This document shows, in pieces, positions 56,010 to 63,719 of a DNA stretch of 64,000 nt. The translations under genes were made by a program, and so were the position numbers. Location: NCBI GenBank assembly GCA_003222155.1, contig QHUU01000059.1:77578-141577 (forward strand). The letters are read 5' to 3'. Source of the DNA: Gemmatimonadota bacterium (lineage in GTDB: Bacteria > Gemmatimonadota > Gemmatimonadetes > Gemmatimonadales > GWC2-71-9). The first letter of the stretch is position 1, and each line of letters opens with the position of its first letter. The notes under the pieces are model-generated. The model made no database searches and was not told where the DNA came from. It worked only from the letters and a program-made list of their open reading frames with translations.

Positions 56010-56549
56010 ATGACCATCTCACTCGCCGTCCCCGACATTCTCGTTGCCCGGGCGAAGTCTGGCGACCTGGAAGCGCTGGAGGCGCTGTACCGGGCGTTCG
56101 AGACACCGGTGTACAACCTCGCCTTCCGGATGCTGCGGAGCCCGGAGGACGCCGAGGACGTGCTGCAGGAGACGTTCCTCGAGGTGGTGCGGAGCATCAA
56201 GCAGTATCGGGCGGAAGGGCACCTGTGGGGTTGGATCCGGCAGATCGCGGCGTCCAAGGCCCTGATGCGGATCCGGCGCAACCAGGTGCGCGCGACGGAT
56301 GAGCTGCACGAGGAAGCGGCGGCCGGACCGGGGGGCTCGGGGATCCCGGCGCGGATCGACCTCGAGCGCGCGTTCGAGCGGCTGAGCGAGACGTCGCGCG
56401 CGGTGGTGTGGCTGCACGACGTCGAGGGGTACACGCACGAGGAGATCGCCGAGCAGATGGGCAAGACGGTGAGTTTTTCCAAATCGCAGCTGGCGCGGGC
56501 GCACGCGCGGCTGCGCGGCATGCTGGACGATGAAGGAGCGGCACGATGA
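56010..56549 (+). CDS. ECF-type RNA polymerase sigma factor (sigma-70 family group 4)
   Basis: 179 aa. Region 2: LYRAFETPVYNLAFRMLRSPEDAEDVLQETF. Region 4: VWLHDVEGYTHEEIAEQMGKTVSFSKSQLARA. Confidence 0.9.
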   Translation: MTISLAVPDILVARAKSGDLEALEALYRAFETPVYNLAFRMLRSPEDAEDVLQETFLEVVRSIKQYRAEGHLWGWIRQIAASKALMRIRRNQVRATDELHEEAAAGPGGSGIPARIDLERAFERLSETSRAVVWLHDVEGYTHEEIAEQMGKTVSFSKSQLARAHARLRGMLDDEGAAR

Positions 56550-57130
56550 TGCATTGCACCATGGACGATCTGCTGGCCCTGCGGGCGGGGGAGGGGTCCG
56601 CCTGGGCGCGCTCGCACGCGGCGGCGTGCGCGACGTGCCGGGCGGAGCTCGACGCGCTGTATCAGCGCGTGGCGCAGCTCAAGGCGCTGCCGGCACGGCG
56701 TTCGGCGCGAGACCGCTGGCCGGCGGTGCGCGAAGCCGTAGTCGCCGAGCGGCGGCGGCGGCGCGAGCGCTGGGGCGTCTGGAGTGTCGGCGCGGCCGCC
56801 GCGGTCGCCGGGCTGCTCGTGTTCCACCCGTTCGGCATTCGCCAGGCGGATGCGGCCGAGCTCGCCCGAGTGAAGCAGGAGTCGGCGACGCTGGAGCAGC
56901 AACTTGGCCGCTACGAGCCCGATGCCCGGGTGATGAGCGGCCGCGCGGCGGCGCTGGCCGCCGCGTTGGAGGATCGGATTGCCGTCATCGACGGCGAGCT
57001 GGCACAGCTGGGCCCCGCTCAAGCCCAGGGGCGTCCTGCCGACCTCGTCACACTGTGGCAGCAGCGCGTGGAGCTCATGGAGCAGCTCGTGAGCGTCCAC
57101 GTCACTCGCGCCGCGTACGTGGGGCTCTAG
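56546..57130 (+). CDS. anti-sigma factor (zf-HC2) with a single TM segment
   Basis: The ATG overlaps the sigma gene stop (ATGA). It has H-x3-C-x2-C (HAAACATC) and the TM segment WSVGAAAAVAGLLVF. Confidence 0.7.
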   Translation: MMHCTMDDLLALRAGEGSAWARSHAAACATCRAELDALYQRVAQLKALPARRSARDRWPAVREAVVAERRRRRERWGVWSVGAAAAVAGLLVFHPFGIRQADAAELARVKQESATLEQQLGRYEPDARVMSGRAAALAAALEDRIAVIDGELAQLGPAQAQGRPADLVTLWQQRVELMEQLVSVHVTRAAYVGL

Positions 57131-57151
57131 CGCCCCGGAGGGATGACAGAA

Positions 57152-58075
57152 ATGCAACGGAACTGCATGCTACTCGCGGCGGCGGTGCTGACCACCGTAC
57201 CGACGCTGCTCCCGGCTCAGGAACCGGCTGTTCCCCCGCGTGTTACACGCGACCGGGCGCGGGCCGAGCGCGACCAGGTGCGTGCCTTCGCGTTCGGCGA
57301 TAACCGCGCTCGCATCGGCGTCGTGCTCCGGCCCGAGGCGAACGAGGAGACCGACAAAGTCGGCGCCAAGATCGAAGGCGTCAGCCCCGGCGGGCCGGCC
57401 GAGAAGGCGGGCCTCAAGGTGGGCGACATCATCACCAAGTTCAACGGGACGGCGCTCGGCGGCTTGAAGGCGGAGGACGACGAGGAATCCGGTCCGGGTC
57501 GGAAGCTCATCGCCCTGGCGCGCAAGCTCGAACCGGGCGACACGGTCCAGCTCGAATTCCGACGGGGCAGCGAATCGAAAAAGGCGGTGCTGGTGGCGCA
57601 GGATCTGAGCGGTGACTTTCGGGTCGAGCTTGGGGCGCCTGGCATGATCATGCCCCGGATGCCCGACATGCCCGACATGCACTTCGAGTTCTTCGAGTCG
57701 CCGTGGGGCAATCTTGAGCTCGTGAGCCTCAACCCCGACTTGGGGGAATACTTCGGCACCAAGGACGGCGTCCTGGTGGTGAAGGCGCCGACGGACTCGA
57801 GCTTGTCGCTGAAGGGCGGGGACGTGATCCTGTCCATCGGCGGGCGCAAGCCCTCGAGCCCCTCACACGCGATGCGGATCCTGCGGTCCTACGAGAAGGG
57901 CGAGACGGTGTCCATCGACATCCTGCGCAAGCAGAAGCGCACGACGGTGAGCTGGAAAGTGCCGTCGCGCGAGACGCGGATGTTCCGGCGACACGAGGAG
58001 CACAGTGGCGACGAGGAGCAAAGCGGCGTGTGGGGGGTGCGGGCGCGGCGCTGGCAGCGCCTGCAGCGCGTCTGA
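57152..58075 (+). CDS. secreted protein with two PDZ domains
   Basis: ORF 57143..58075. The second ATG (57152) has better spacing to GGAGG (57137-57141). PDZ motifs are present: GAKIEGVSPGGPAEKAGLKVGDIITKFNG and GVLVVKAPTDSSLSLKGGDVILSIGG. Confidence 0.75.
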   Translation: MQRNCMLLAAAVLTTVPTLLPAQEPAVPPRVTRDRARAERDQVRAFAFGDNRARIGVVLRPEANEETDKVGAKIEGVSPGGPAEKAGLKVGDIITKFNGTALGGLKAEDDEESGPGRKLIALARKLEPGDTVQLEFRRGSESKKAVLVAQDLSGDFRVELGAPGMIMPRMPDMPDMHFEFFESPWGNLELVSLNPDLGEYFGTKDGVLVVKAPTDSSLSLKGGDVILSIGGRKPSSPSHAMRILRSYEKGETVSIDILRKQKRTTVSWKVPSRETRMFRRHEEHSGDEEQSGVWGVRARRWQRLQRV

Positions 58076-59995
58076 TCAGGACACTCGCCGCGCCGGCAGC
58101 ACCTGATCGAAGGCACTGAACTCGAACGGCTTCGGCACGCAGGGACGGCCGGTGGACGACAGGAAGCTGCGCACGGTGTCGTCCACCAGCTGTCCGGTGG
58201 TGAAGATCACCCGATCCGCGTAGGACGGATCGCGCGCCTTGAGCTCCCCGAACAGCTGCTCTCCCGACAGATCCGGCATCCGCATGTCGATGATGACCGC
58301 GTCGAACGCGTCCTCGCGCATCCGGGCGAGGGCTTCCCGGCCGCTGGCGGTGGTCTCGACCTCGTGGCCACGGCTGGACAGGTAGCGCTGCAGCGCGACC
58401 CGCACCGAGGCCTCGTCGTCCACCACGAGCACGTGCAACCGGTCGGTGACGGGCTGCAGCACGGGCGTGCTCGTGAACTCCCCCGTGGCGCGTGGCGCCA
58501 CGACCGGCAGCTCGATGACGAACCGGGCGCCCCCCTGTGGGGAATTCTCCGCCCAGATGCGCCCCTCGTGCTCCCGCACGATGCCGAGCGAGATCGAGAG
58601 CCCGAGACCCGTGCCGGACCCCGTGGGCTTGGTGGTGAAGAACGGGTTGAAGATCCGCTCGAGCAGATTGGGGGGGATGCCCGGGCCCGTGTCCTCGATC
58701 TCGACGCGGATGACGGCGCCGACCTGACGGGTGCGCACGGTGAGGCGCTGCTGGTCGCGCTCGGCCCGCTCCATCGCCTGCTCGGCGTTGGTGATCAGGT
58801 TCAGGAACACCTGCTGCAGCTGATGGGCGTCCGCCATGGTCTCGGGGGCCTGATCGTCGTAGTCGCGCTGCACGTCGATGCCCCGCACCCGCAGCTCGTA
58901 CCCCCGCAGCTCGAGCGTGTCGTCCAGTACCTGATTCACCGAGGTGGGCGAGCGCTCGGGCTTGTGCTGGCGCGCGAACGTCAGGAGGTTCTGCACGATG
59001 CGCGAGGCGCGCCGGGCTTCGGCGTAGATCATTTCCGCCGCCGTGCGCTGGTCGGGCGGGAAGCGCTTTTCGCTCAGCAGCAGCTGGGCGAACGCCGAGA
59101 TCCCGGCGAGCGGGTTGTTGAGCTCGTGCGCCACGCCGGACACGAGCTGCCCGATCGCCGACATCTTCTCCGACTGGATCAGCTGCTCCTGCAGCATCTT
59201 CTGGTCGGTGACGTCGCGAATGACGCACAGCACCTCTTCGTCGAGCTGCGGCGTCGAGTACGTGACCTGAATGGTCCGGACGTCGGCGTCCTTGGCGTAG
59301 AAGCTCGTTTCGAACAGCCCCGTCTCGCCGGCGAGCGCCTTCTGAAAGTGGGCCAGGGCCTGGGGGAGCTCGTCGTCCGGCAGCATGGGCGCGAACCATT
59401 GTCCCACCAGCTCCTCGCGGCGGTAGCCCGAGATGATCTCGGCGGCGTGGTTGAAGGTGGTGAACCGGCCGTTCGCGTCCAGCGTGACGATCGCATCGGA
59501 GGCGGATTCGAACAGATTGCGATAGCGGGCCTCCGACCGCGCGAGGGTCTCCTGCGCCCGCCGTTGCTCCGTGATGTCGCGCAGCGTGGCCACGGCCCCG
59601 ATCAGCTCGCCCTCGACCATGAGCGGCGTCGTGGACACGGCGACCACCCGCTCCTCGCCGCTCGCGCTCACGATCTTCGTCTCGTAGTGCTGCTCCTCGC
59701 CGTGGAACGCCAGCTGCTCGTGCTCCGCGACGAGGGCGCGCTCGCTCGGGGCCACCATGTCGTCGATCGGCGTTCCGGGCAGGTCCTCGAGCGGCCGGCC
59801 GAACAGGTCGGCCGCGGCCCGGTTGGCCGTGAGCGCCCGCCGATCCAGGCCCGTGACGATCACCGCGTCGGCGAGCGCGGCCACGATTTCGACCGCGATG
59901 CGCTGCGAATCAAACGGGCGCTTGGCCCCCGTCTTGGAGGACGGCACGGGTAACCGCAGCCCGCGCGCGGGCGTAGCGCGCCGGCCCTTGCTCAT
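58076..59995 (-). CDS. cytoplasmic hybrid sensor histidine kinase (PAS-PAS-HisKA-HATPase_c-REC)
   Basis: ORF 58076..60289. The true start ATG 59995 overlaps the upstream stop (ATGA). It has the H-box SGVAHELNNPLAGI, the N/G boxes NLITNAEQAM and DTGPGIP...GTGLGLS, and the receiver VLVVDDE...VIIDMRMPDLSG. No TM segment is present. Confidence 0.9.
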   Translation of the reverse strand: MSKGRRATPARGLRLPVPSSKTGAKRPFDSQRIAVEIVAALADAVIVTGLDRRALTANRAAADLFGRPLEDLPGTPIDDMVAPSERALVAEHEQLAFHGEEQHYETKIVSASGEERVVAVSTTPLMVEGELIGAVATLRDITEQRRAQETLARSEARYRNLFESASDAIVTLDANGRFTTFNHAAEIISGYRREELVGQWFAPMLPDDELPQALAHFQKALAGETGLFETSFYAKDADVRTIQVTYSTPQLDEEVLCVIRDVTDQKMLQEQLIQSEKMSAIGQLVSGVAHELNNPLAGISAFAQLLLSEKRFPPDQRTAAEMIYAEARRASRIVQNLLTFARQHKPERSPTSVNQVLDDTLELRGYELRVRGIDVQRDYDDQAPETMADAHQLQQVFLNLITNAEQAMERAERDQQRLTVRTRQVGAVIRVEIEDTGPGIPPNLLERIFNPFFTTKPTGSGTGLGLSISLGIVREHEGRIWAENSPQGGARFVIELPVVAPRATGEFTSTPVLQPVTDRLHVLVVDDEASVRVALQRYLSSRGHEVETTASGREALARMREDAFDAVIIDMRMPDLSGEQLFGELKARDPSYADRVIFTTGQLVDDTVRSFLSSTGRPCVPKPFEFSAFDQVLPARRVS

Positions 59996-60666
59996 GAGTC
60001 GTACGAGGCCACCATGGCGTCCTTCATCAGGTCGAGGCTCTTGAGCGCCGACTCGGTCACGCCGCGCGGCGCCTCGCCCCGCTTCACGCAGCCCTTGATG
60101 ATCTCCAAGGCGTGGATGGGATGCTCGTCGTCGTACTTGGCGTGCTCCTCGAGCCACCACCGCCCGCGCGGTCCGATCTTCTCGTTCTTGGCGAGCCCCC
60201 GCAGCGCCTTCTCGGAGATCTTCTGCGCCACGCCTTCCACGGCGTAGTTGGTCGCCGACACGGCCGCGCCGAACGTCGCGCCGCGGCACATCTCGGTCAG
60301 ATAGGCATGGAATTCCTTGACCTCGGGGATCATCGGCTCGGGCACCTGAAACCGCTCCTTCGGGACGTTAAAGCCGTCGCCCATGGCGCGCCACATGGCG
60401 TCGTGTCGCTTCTCCACGCGGATGTTGTCCCGGAAGAACACCTTGCCGTCCTCCGGCGAGCGGTCCAGCAGCACCTGCAGCCACTGCGGAAAGTCGCGGA
60501 TGATCGGGTAGAAGGCCACGAGGAAGTTCTGGATCTTGCCGTCGACCAGCTCGTTCTCCGACGCGTGCACGATCACGGGCGTATCCAAGATCGCCTCGCG
60601 TCGCGGATCGAGCGTAGCATCCAGGTCGGCCACCCAAGCGGGGTGGGGGGTCACCTGCACGGACAT
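59992..60666 (-). CDS. heme-oxygenase-like fold protein (TenA/PqqC/iron-containing redox enzyme type; possible diiron oxidase)
   Basis: This is the C-terminal 224 aa of ORF 59992..61494, starting at ATG 60666 with AGGAG 5 nt upstream. The protein is helical and has E-x2-H (EKRH) and D-E-H (YDDEHPIH) candidate metal ligands. Confidence 0.65.
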   Translation of the reverse strand: MSVQVTPHPAWVADLDATLDPRREAILDTPVIVHASENELVDGKIQNFLVAFYPIIRDFPQWLQVLLDRSPEDGKVFFRDNIRVEKRHDAMWRAMGDGFNVPKERFQVPEPMIPEVKEFHAYLTEMCRGATFGAAVSATNYAVEGVAQKISEKALRGLAKNEKIGPRGRWWLEEHAKYDDEHPIHALEIIKGCVKRGEAPRGVTESALKSLDLMKDAMVASYDS

Positions 60667-60743
60667 CGAAGCTCCTTCCAGGCGCGCGGCGTAAGGGAAA
60701 CTTGGGTGAGCGCGGGTTCCAAATGTAGCACCCCGGCCCCCCT

Positions 60744-60774
60744 GCACAAGTTCATGCGGCCTTGGAACTTGTGC
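60744..60774. promoter_or_regulatory. 10-bp perfect inverted repeat (candidate operator) in a divergent promoter region
   Basis: GCACAAGTTC-N11-GAACTTGTGC. It is nested within a second pair, GTTCCAA (about 60714) and TTGGAAC (60762-60768). Confidence 0.4.
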
Positions 60775-60813
60775 GACGCCTGACCAGCGCGCTGTGAGCG
60801 GTGTTACGACCGA

Positions 60814-60845
60814 TTGACGCGATATATCTTCAAGGTATATCTTCA
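60814..60845 (+). promoter_or_regulatory. candidate padR promoter with a direct repeat
   Basis: TTGACG (60814-60819), 16 nt, then TATATC (60836-60841). TATATCTTCA is repeated at 60823-60832 and 60836-60845. The palindrome GATATATC lies at 60821-60828. Confidence 0.4.
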
Positions 60846-60873
60846 CGTTACATCGCACACCAGTGAGGAGACA

Positions 60874-61416
60874 ATGACGCGACAGTTCGGATGGGACGGT
60901 ATCGCTTTCGGGTTCGGGCCCCGGGCCTTCTTCTGGGGCGGGCCGCGCGGCCGGCGCCGGCAGTGGTTCGAATCGGGTGACATGAAGTACGTCATCCTCA
61001 AGCTCCTGAAGGACAAGCCGCGGCACGGCTACGAGGTGATGAAGGAGCTGCAAGAGCAGCTGCACGGGTGCTACTCCCCCTCGCCCGGAACCGTCTACCC
61101 CACGCTGCAATGGCTCGAGGACGAAGGGCTCGTGAGCGCGAAGGACGTCGAGGGGAAGAAGGTCTACGAAATTACCGTCGCGGGAAGCGCCTTTCTGGAA
61201 GAGCACCGCGACGTAGTGGACGACATTTTCGAGCGAGTGCGCGATGCGGTCGACCGCGCGCTGGGCGGAGGCATGGTCGAAGTGAACCGCGCCGTGGGGC
61301 GGCTGATGCGCGCCGTATACCGCGCCGCCTGGAAAGCCCGCGACGAGGCCGCACGGCGCCGTCTGGTCGAACTGCTCGAGCGCACCCTCGGCGAAGTCGA
61401 GGGCACGGCGACCTGA
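60874..61416 (+). CDS. PadR-family transcriptional regulator
   Basis: ORF 60814..61416. The true ATG is at 60874, after GAGGAG. The winged-helix motif is ILKLLKDKPRHGYEVMKELQEQLHGCYSPSPGTVYPTLQWLEDEGLV. Confidence 0.85.
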   Translation: MTRQFGWDGIAFGFGPRAFFWGGPRGRRRQWFESGDMKYVILKLLKDKPRHGYEVMKELQEQLHGCYSPSPGTVYPTLQWLEDEGLVSAKDVEGKKVYEITVAGSAFLEEHRDVVDDIFERVRDAVDRALGGGMVEVNRAVGRLMRAVYRAAWKARDEAARRRLVELLERTLGEVEGTAT

Positions 61417-61426
61417 AGCCGTCGCG

Positions 61427-62083
61427 CTAGGGTGCGACGATCGTGGCGCGCGTGATCGAGTCGAGGCGGGGGAACTGGGCCGCGAGGTACGCATTCCCCT
61501 GCGCCTCGATCCGCCCCTGATCGGGCCGCTCGCCGTAGACCGCGGAGATGTGGTCCACGACGTCCATGCCCTCGACCACGCGACCCAGTGGCGCGAACCC
61601 CATGCCGTCGAGGCGGCTGTTGTCGCGGTAGTTGATGAACAACTGCGTGGTGCGCGTGTTCGGTCCCGCCGTGGCGAAGGTGAGCGTGCCGCGGCTGTTG
61701 TGCTGCATGACGGGATCGTCCGCGATGGTGGCAGGGCGCCAGCGGGCCGAAACGGCGGGATCGCCGCTCAGGCCGAATTGGACGACGAATCCCGGTACGA
61801 CGCGGAAAAAGCGCCCGCCGTCGTAGAACCCGTGCCGCACGAGGTTGTAGAGGCGGTCCGCGCCGTGCGGCGCCCAGGCGCGCGTCACCTCGACGACGAA
61901 CGGGCCGCCACCGGTCTCGAACCGGACCCGGAAGCTCGCCGGAGCCGAGGCTTGCATCTCGGGCGACTGCGGGTCGAGCAGGGGATTGGTCGCCTTCGCC
62001 TGTGCCGGCTCACGGTCGGTCCGGCCACACCCGGCCAATAGGGCCATCACACTTCCCGCGATCACCATCCGGTGTGGTCTCAT
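61427..62083 (-). CDS. cyclophilin-type peptidyl-prolyl cis-trans isomerase, lipoprotein
   Basis: 218 aa. It has the lipobox LLAGC and the cyclophilin core FFRVVPGFVVQFG...GTLTFATAGPNTRTTQLFIN. Confidence 0.9.
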   Translation of the reverse strand: MRPHRMVIAGSVMALLAGCGRTDREPAQAKATNPLLDPQSPEMQASAPASFRVRFETGGGPFVVEVTRAWAPHGADRLYNLVRHGFYDGGRFFRVVPGFVVQFGLSGDPAVSARWRPATIADDPVMQHNSRGTLTFATAGPNTRTTQLFINYRDNSRLDGMGFAPLGRVVEGMDVVDHISAVYGERPDQGRIEAQGNAYLAAQFPRLDSITRATIVAP

Positions 62084-62086
62084 GGG

Positions 62087-62680
62087 TCACCGCGCCGTGC
62101 CGAGCTCTGCCTGGTGCTCGATGACCCGTCCGACCAAGCCGTAGCGACGCGCCTCTTCGGCCGAGAGCCAGAAGTTGCGGCGCGTGTCCTCCTCGATGCG
62201 CTCGAGCGGCTGTCCGGTCTGTTGCGCGAAGACGCGGTTCAGCCGATCGCGCATCTTGAGGATCTCGCGCGCCTCGATCTCGATGTCGCTCGCGGAGCCA
62301 CCCGTCCCGCCGGCCGGCTGGTGGAGTAAGAAGCGGGTGTTGGGGAGGCAGTAGCGGTCCTCGCGCGGTACGGCGACGAAGATCAGGGCCGCGATGCTCG
62401 CGACCCACCCCGTCCCCACCATCCGCACGCGGGGGCTCAGGAAGCGCACCAGGTCGTGGATCGTGTCGCCCGCTTCCACATGCCCGCCCTGGGAGTTGAT
62501 GAACACCGTGATGTCGTCGCTCGATTCGCCCGCCAGCGCCAGGAGCTGCGCGGTCACGTTCGCCGCGACGCGCTGGGTGATCTCGCCCGTGAGAATCACG
62601 ATCCGGGCGCGGAACAGGCGCTCGGCGACGAGGTTGTGAAACGGGGCCAGAGACGGCTCGAGTGGACTCAGCTCTTCCAT
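62087..62680 (-). CDS. clpP: ClpP-family serine peptidase subunit (divergent paralogue)
   Basis: 197 aa. The Ser-His-Asp context is retained (GWVASIAAL, FLLHQP, EEDTRRNFWLSA). The N-terminus is atypical. No clpX gene is adjacent. Confidence 0.8.
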   Translation of the reverse strand: MEELSPLEPSLAPFHNLVAERLFRARIVILTGEITQRVAANVTAQLLALAGESSDDITVFINSQGGHVEAGDTIHDLVRFLSPRVRMVGTGWVASIAALIFVAVPREDRYCLPNTRFLLHQPAGGTGGSASDIEIEAREILKMRDRLNRVFAQQTGQPLERIEEDTRRNFWLSAEEARRYGLVGRVIEHQAELGTAR

Positions 62681-62699
62681 CGGGACTCCGGGGTAGAGG

Positions 62700-63713
62700 T
62701 CATCGCGCGGAGCGGCGCCGGCGCAGCTCGGCGAGCGCCCGGCTCACGTACACGCGCGTCATCTGCTTGCGCCACGACAGATCGAAGTCGGTGTTGTCCA
62801 TCGGCTTGGCGGGTCGATACGCGGCGTCGGCGGCGGCCGCGATCGCCTCGTCCGACAGGCTCGTCCCGGCGAGCGCCGCGCCTGCTTCCGGTACCTCCTG
62901 GGGCCAGCTCGCCACGCCGCCGAGGACGATTCTGGCCTCGGCAACCCTTCCCGTTTCCCGTTTCCCGTTTCCCGGCTGCCATTGCACCCATGTCGCCACA
63001 CCGAGCACGGGAAAGTCGAAGGAGTCACGGCGGCGCAGCTTGTGATACACCGCGTCCCACCCGTCCGGCCGCGGCAGGCGCACTCGGCAGAGAATCTCGT
63101 CCGGCTGCTTCGTCAGGTAATTGATCCCGTCGTTGTGATAGAACCGTGCGGCCGGCACGACCCGCTCGCCACCCGGGCCGACGAGCACGTATTCCGCGCC
63201 GAGCGCCACCATCACGGGGGCGACGTCGGACGAGCTGACGGCCCAGCAGCGGGGGGACGAAGGCGCCACCCAGCAGATGTGCCCGTCCTTCTTCATACAG
63301 AAGTCGATCGCCTGCCGCCACTCGTACGTCTGATTGTAGTAATTGCAGCGCGTGTCGAGGCAGAGGTTGCCGCCCAGAGTCCCCATGTTGCGGAGCAGGG
63401 GGGTGGAGACGAGACCGGCGGCTTGGGCGACAGTGTCATAATGCTGTCGGATCGTCGGATGTGAACACAAGTCCGTGAGCGTCATGCAGGGCCCGACAGC
63501 GCATCCCCCATCTCGCGTCTCGCATCCCCCCAGCCCTCGAATCCCCATCAGCGAAATCACGGTGCGCGGCTCCTGGTGGCGGCGCTTCATGTTCGGGTAG
63601 AGATCCGTGCCTCCGGCCACGTACATCCCCTCGGCGCCCGCGTCCGCTTTCATGGCGAGCGCCTCCTCGAGCGTGCGCGGCTGCAGGTAGGTGAAGGACG
63701 GAAGCCGTAGCAT
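62700..63713 (-). CDS. FAD-binding medium subunit of a xanthine-dehydrogenase-family molybdoenzyme, HcrB-like with a Cys-rich [4Fe-4S]-type insert
   Basis: 337 aa. It has the FAD_binding_5 motifs (AGGTDLYPNMK, TLGGNL) and the insert C-x15-C-x7-C-x8-C (RCNYYNQTYEWRQAIDFCMKKDGHICWVAPSSPRC). It also carries the in-frame heptamer-array insert PGNGKRETGR. Confidence 0.85.
   Translation of the reverse strand: MLRLPSFTYLQPRTLEEALAMKADAGAEGMYVAGGTDLYPNMKRRHQEPRTVISLMGIRGLGGCETRDGGCAVGPCMTLTDLCSHPTIRQHYDTVAQAAGLVSTPLLRNMGTLGGNLCLDTRCNYYNQTYEWRQAIDFCMKKDGHICWVAPSSPRCWAVSSSDVAPVMVALGAEYVLVGPGGERVVPAARFYHNDGINYLTKQPDEILCRVRLPRPDGWDAVYHKLRRRDSFDFPVLGVATWVQWQPGNGKRETGRVAEARIVLGGVASWPQEVPEAGAALAGTSLSDEAIAAAADAAYRPAKPMDNTDFDLSWRKQMTRVYVSRALAELRRRRSAR
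62945..62973 (-). repeat. G-tract heptamer array (GGGAAAC)3-GGGAAGGG, in frame inside the FAD-subunit gene
   Basis: The sense strand reads GGGAAAC GGGAAAC GGGAAAC GGGAAGGG (five G3 tracts) and encodes GNGKRETGR. Confidence 0.9.
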
Positions 63714-63719
63714 GAGGAC

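Noticed and set aside
60667-61494. N-terminal extension of ORF 59992..61494
   Set aside because: It overlaps the PadR gene on the opposite strand and the divergent promoter region. A strong AGGAG-ATG at 60666 marks the real start.
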